A stretch of DNA of 64,000 nt from Hormiphora californensis (taxonomy: Eukaryota; Animalia; Ctenophora), in the NCBI GenBank assembly GCA_020137815.1, contig CM035358.1:6324001-6388000 (forward strand), given 5' to 3'. A program made the translations under genes and the position numbers. This document shows positions 59,515 to 64,000 of this stretch, one piece after another. The notes under the pieces were generated by a model. That model worked only from the letters and a program-made list of their open reading frames with translations, did no database searches and was not told the DNA's origin. Within the stretch, counting starts at the first letter, position 1. Each line of letters opens with the position of its first letter.

Positions 59515-61376
59515 ATGAGGGTTGAAAAGTGCTATTTCTGCTCATCCAGTATTTACCCGGGGCACGGTATCAACTTTGTAAGAAATGACTGTAAGGTAAG
59601 ATATCCCTCGCGCCCACCCCCACTATAACAACAAGTTGTAGTATCTCTGAAGCGGTCGTCCATTGCGATTTGTTATAGTTTATTTAGTTTGAGTAACTGG
59701 TTTTGCTCATAATATTTACCACTCTTTCTCAGCTCCTTGGTAACGAAGTAACCCCTTCCTTGCCAGGTTATTTCGAAGGATATTTCGTAACCGTTCTTTC
59801 TCCCAGATGTTTCGGTTTTGCCGGTCAAAGTGTCACAAAGCCTTCAAGATGAAGAGGAATCCAAGGAAGGTGAAATGGACAAAAGCCTTCAGGAAATCAC
59901 ATGGAAAGGAACTTGCAATTGTGAGTACTATAACACTGAAACAGATAATATTTTATTGCAATTTTCAGAAAACAAACATTTCGAATTCAGATTTTGGCGA
60001 CTAGTTAGGGAGAATTAGCCGAAATTAGTGGCAAAATTTTTAACAAGCTAATTCCTTCACTAAGTGACCCTAATGGGTCCTCTGAATCACCAAAAAAAAG
60101 TTCCAGCCGATCGGGCTTGCAGAAGACCCTTATTTCCGGGTGGGCGCGGCACCTGTATTTTCAGCCTGAGGCAAAAACCATAAGTACCCTTAAAATAGGA
60201 GTAGAGATAAAATCGAGGGCACTAAAGTGATCAGCGACCTCGCATTAGTGGGGGTAGGTGCCGGAATTAAGTCTCTATCTCATCTGGTTAATTAGATAAT
60301 TGGATAATTAGGTTTGCGTGTGTACCGTTTTTTGGCTATATGGCTATAGCCACTTAGGAATGGTATAGAGACTTTTCATTGGTGCCATTTTGTTCAGAAG
60401 AAAATTTTAGAGGGGAGTTGTGGAAAAATTTAGGGCCTATCTCTTACCGTTTTGGCGTTATTAGCCGTTAAACTAGACCAAATTAGTCGAAATTTCGCGA
60501 AAATGTCAAAAATTGAGTTAATTGGCCTAGTTTAACGGCTAATAACGCCAAAACGGTAAGAGATAGGCCCTAAATTTTTCCACAACTCCTCTCTAAAATT
60601 TTCTTCTGAACAAAATGGCACCAATGAAAAGTCTCTATACCATTCCTAAGTGGCTATAACCATATAGCCAAAACACGGTACACACGCAAACCTAATTATC
60701 CAATTATCTAATTAACCAGATGAGATAGAGACTTAATTCCGGCACCTACCCCCACTAATGCGAGGTCGCTGATCACTTTAGTGCCCTCGATTTTATCTCT
60801 ACTCCTATTTTAAGGGTACTTATGGTTTTTGCCTCAGGCTGAAAATACAGGTGCCGCGCCCACCCGGAAATAAGGGTCTTCTGCAAGCCCGATCGGCTGG
60901 AACTTTTTTTGGTGATTCAGAGGACCCATTAGGGTCACTTAGTGAAGGAATTAGCTTGTTAAAAATTTTGCCGATAATTTGCTGGTTTTTTAGCTAATTT
61001 TCCCTAACTAGACGTTCAGACGGATAGAACATACTCTTTTTAACAAACATTTCGCTCCCAGGATTCCACATTTGATCTTGAGAAGAGACAGAACGTTCCA
61101 GTCAAGTATAACAGAGAGCTTTGGGAGAACACCGTTCACGCGATGAAGCGAATCCAAACAATCAGATCCCGTCGACAGAACCAGTTCATTAAACAGAGAC
61201 TCCGTGCTGGCAAGATGTTGGAACTGAAGGATGACGAGAAGGAGGTTGAGAAACACATCCACCTGATAGAACCCAAGGTGACTGAGGCGCAGGTGATGGC
61301 AGCCGCTGTTGCTAAGACCAAACAGAAACAGAAACAAAAGGAGGTGGAGGTTGTAGACGCGATGGATATGGACTGA
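59515..61376 (+). CDS. RSL24D1: Ribosome biogenesis protein RLP24. Exons 59515-59595, 59807-59920, 61062-61376
   Basis: [27 protein letters not shown]|[30 protein letters not shown]..|[21 protein letters not shown]. Confidence 0.96.
59998..61013. mobile_element. ~1-kb near-perfect palindromic (foldback/MITE) element in RSL24D1 intron 2
   Basis: 60031-60480 is the near-exact reverse complement of ~60522-60971; ~40-bp spacer; termini CTAGTTAGGG / CCCTAACTAG. Confidence 0.9.
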
Positions 61377-61561
61377 GAACTGGGTGGGATTTGTAAAAAA
61401 AGAGGAATTTGTGTGTGTGTTGACCGAGCCCTGAGTGTTAAATTATTCTGTTTAAACCATGTTTTAGCAAACCAGTAACAACTGTATTTTGAATCACTCA
61501 CTCTCTTTCTCTATCTTTCTTTCTCTCTTTCCCTCCATCTGTATAATCTTCTTTTCTCTAG

Positions 61562-61607
<46 letters not shown>

Positions 61608-61670
61608 CTCATTAATGGCTGAGTGCTGACGTCATTCAACCACATAATTTATTAACCACCCAGTATAGCC

Positions 61671-62624
61671 ATGGCTGTGAATGGTCAATGGTGTTTAATT
61701 GAATCGGATCCGGGTGTGTTCAGTGAGCTAATCAAGGACTTCGGTAAGTTATGACTAATTAGTTACTAATTAATTACTAATTAATTATTAGTTGTGACTC
61801 ATTAATTACTAATTAATTAGCTGTTTTTAAAGGTTGACTATAGCTGATTTCGTAAAATTACCTACTACACTAATCACTAATCCACTACTACACTAATCAC
61901 TAATCCACTACTAATCAATCCACTTTATACAGGTTGTACTGGGCTACAAGTGGAGGAGTTGTGGTCGCTTGATGAATGTGCCTTTAATGACCTGAAGTGA
62001 GTAAGTAAGTAACGAATCCCCCTTCCTCATCCTTCCTCATTTCCAAGCCCATTAAATTTGCACATTTTCCATCCACAAACACTCCTCAAAAGTCAAAACT
62101 CCCCTTTAATTAACCCCTCTCCTTTCTCCCAGGCCCGTCCACGGTTTGATATTCCTATTTAAGTGGAAGAATGAGAGCGAACAAGACCAGCAGGGCAAAG
62201 TGGTGTATGGGGATACCGATATATTCTTTGCTAAACAGGTTGGTCACCCTGGTCTTGCCCGTGTGGTTACCATGGTAACTAGCTGCATCATGGTTACCAT
62301 GGTAACTAGCTGGATCAGCAGGGTAAAGTGGTGTATGGGGATACCGATATATTCTTTGCTAAACAGATTGGTCACCTTGACCCTTAGTCCTCTTCATCCT
62401 CTAAACAAAGCCCCGCCATAACTTATTGTGTGTGTGTGTGTGTGGTGTGTAATTAAGTTTAATTTCCTACTTCCCTCCCACTAATTGCACACTAGTCTCC
62501 CTTAATACCCTGACCCCCCCCCCCATCTTACCCCCTTACATTATATAATTCTCATCATTTGTCATGTGATTACCACGTCGCCTTATTTGACTCACTGTGT
62601 TGACAAAAAAGAAGGGTTAAAACA

Positions 62625-62678
<54 letters not shown>

Positions 62679-63547
62679 TCTCTCTCTCTCTCTAGCTCTC
62701 TCTCTAGCTCTCTCTCTCTCTCAGGTGATAAACAATGCGTGTGCGACCCAGGCTATCATCAGTGTCCTTCTAAACATAGAGAGTAGTGATATCTCGTTAG
62801 GAGATACCCTCACACAATTCAGGGAGTTTACCTCCTCATTTGATCCTGCTCTCAAGGGAATGTCTCTAACTAATGCAGATAGATTGAGAGAGGTAATGCG
62901 GGATTGTGAGAAGGGGGTTGGTTTAATTGATTTGTTAGAAGGGGGGGGTGTACTGAAATATACACCGATTAAGATTGCATGAATGGTTAAATTCTCACTT
63001 TTTAACCCACATGTTCAGGTTCACAACAGTTTTGCACGACAGAACATGTTTGAATTTGACAGTAAATCAGCTGAAAAGGATGATGATGTTTATCATTTTG
63101 TGGCCTTCGTTCCGTTCAAGGGTAAGATGAGCCACCCTCCTGGACCCTAATTGAGCCTCACTCTCGTTTATTTAATCGATTTTAGATCAATTTTGCATTT
63201 CAAATTATTGAATTTTTACTCTCCTGTTGTAGATCGTGTGTACGAGCTGGATGGTCTAAAACCTGGTCCTATTGATCACGGCCCTTTCACTGATGATTGG
63301 CTAACTGTGGTTCGCCCTCTTCTGCAGGTAAATACACACCAAGTGTGGTTACCATGGTAACTAGCTGCATCATGGTTACCATGGTAACTAGCTGCATCAT
63401 CGTTACCATGGTAGCTGCATCATGGTTACCGTGGTAACTAACTGCATCATCGTTACCATGGTAACTAGCTGCATCATGGTTACCATGGTAACTAGCTGCA
63501 TCATGGTTACCATGGTAACATCCCTCCTGTTCTGATGATCCAACACT

Positions 63548-63629
<82 letters not shown>

Positions 63630-63843
63630 TCCCCCCCCCCCCCCCCCAAACTAACACAACACACCACTCCAGGCGAGAGTAGCAAGACATGCAGCTACTG
63701 AGATAACCTTCAATCTAATGGCTGTAGTGGGAGACAAGCTGATGGCATTGGATAGGGAACTAAGGGCAGCAGAGGGCGATATGTTGATTGCTGATATCAA
63801 GAACAAAATGAGAATTGAGGAAGAAAAACGGGCTAATTATAAG
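61671..63843 (+). CDS. UCHL5: Ubiquitin C-terminal hydrolase UCH37/UCHL5, multi-exon, continues past the window end
   Basis: WCLIESDPGVFSELIKDFG; QVEELWSLD; PVHGLIFLFKW; IFFAKQ|VINNACATQA; VHNSFARQ; VYHFVAFVP; VYELDGLK.GP; ITFNLMAVV. Confidence 0.96.
63346..63520. repeat. 27-bp minisatellite built on the palindrome GTTACCATGGTAAC
   Basis: ~7 copies of GTTACCATGGTAACTAGCTGCATCATG; 2 more at 62266-62310. Confidence 0.9.
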
Positions 63844-64000
63844 GTAATACCTTGTTATGTTCTAACCCTCCTTTACATTTGTTCATGAAAAGGGGGTCGA
63901 GCTAGGCAAGTAATACCCCCTCTTTGGGGAATTGGGGGGGGGGGGGCTTGTGAGGTTGTGACTCAATCTTACTCTTTTTTTTTCTTGGCGCAGTTCCCCT

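Overview
Eukaryotic, intron-rich animal DNA, most likely a ctenophore (Pleurobrachia-like). That is inferred from the FF fusogen gene, the short introns, the AG acceptors just ahead of start codons and the MITE content; it is not proven. Hand-spliced genes, in order: (1) an EFF-1/AFF-1 (FF/fusexin) cell-fusion protein gene (+, 897-4706) with an intronless STPG1-like gene nested antisense in its first intron; (2) a PTB-like four-RRM gene (+); (3) ANKRD13 (-), with a cassette of orphan repeat-protein genes inside one intron; (4) SLC38A10-like transporter (-); (5) a NUF2 gene (+) that splices in frame into a ~1,480-aa giant with a single-alpha-helix and phospho-motif tail, and whose 6-kb intron holds an antisense F-type-lectin-like gene and a 4.7-kb foldback transposon; (6) RSL24D1 (+) with a 1-kb palindrome in an intron; (7) UCHL5 (+), which runs off the window. 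Mobile DNA includes poly-G-terminated elements with 8-bp TSDs, several MITE families, an ORF1-only LINE derivative and a Helitron-like end. Stretches near the 100-N gap are homopolymer-corrupted, so isolated frameshifts may be assembly errors. All homology calls come from motif recognition, not database searches.
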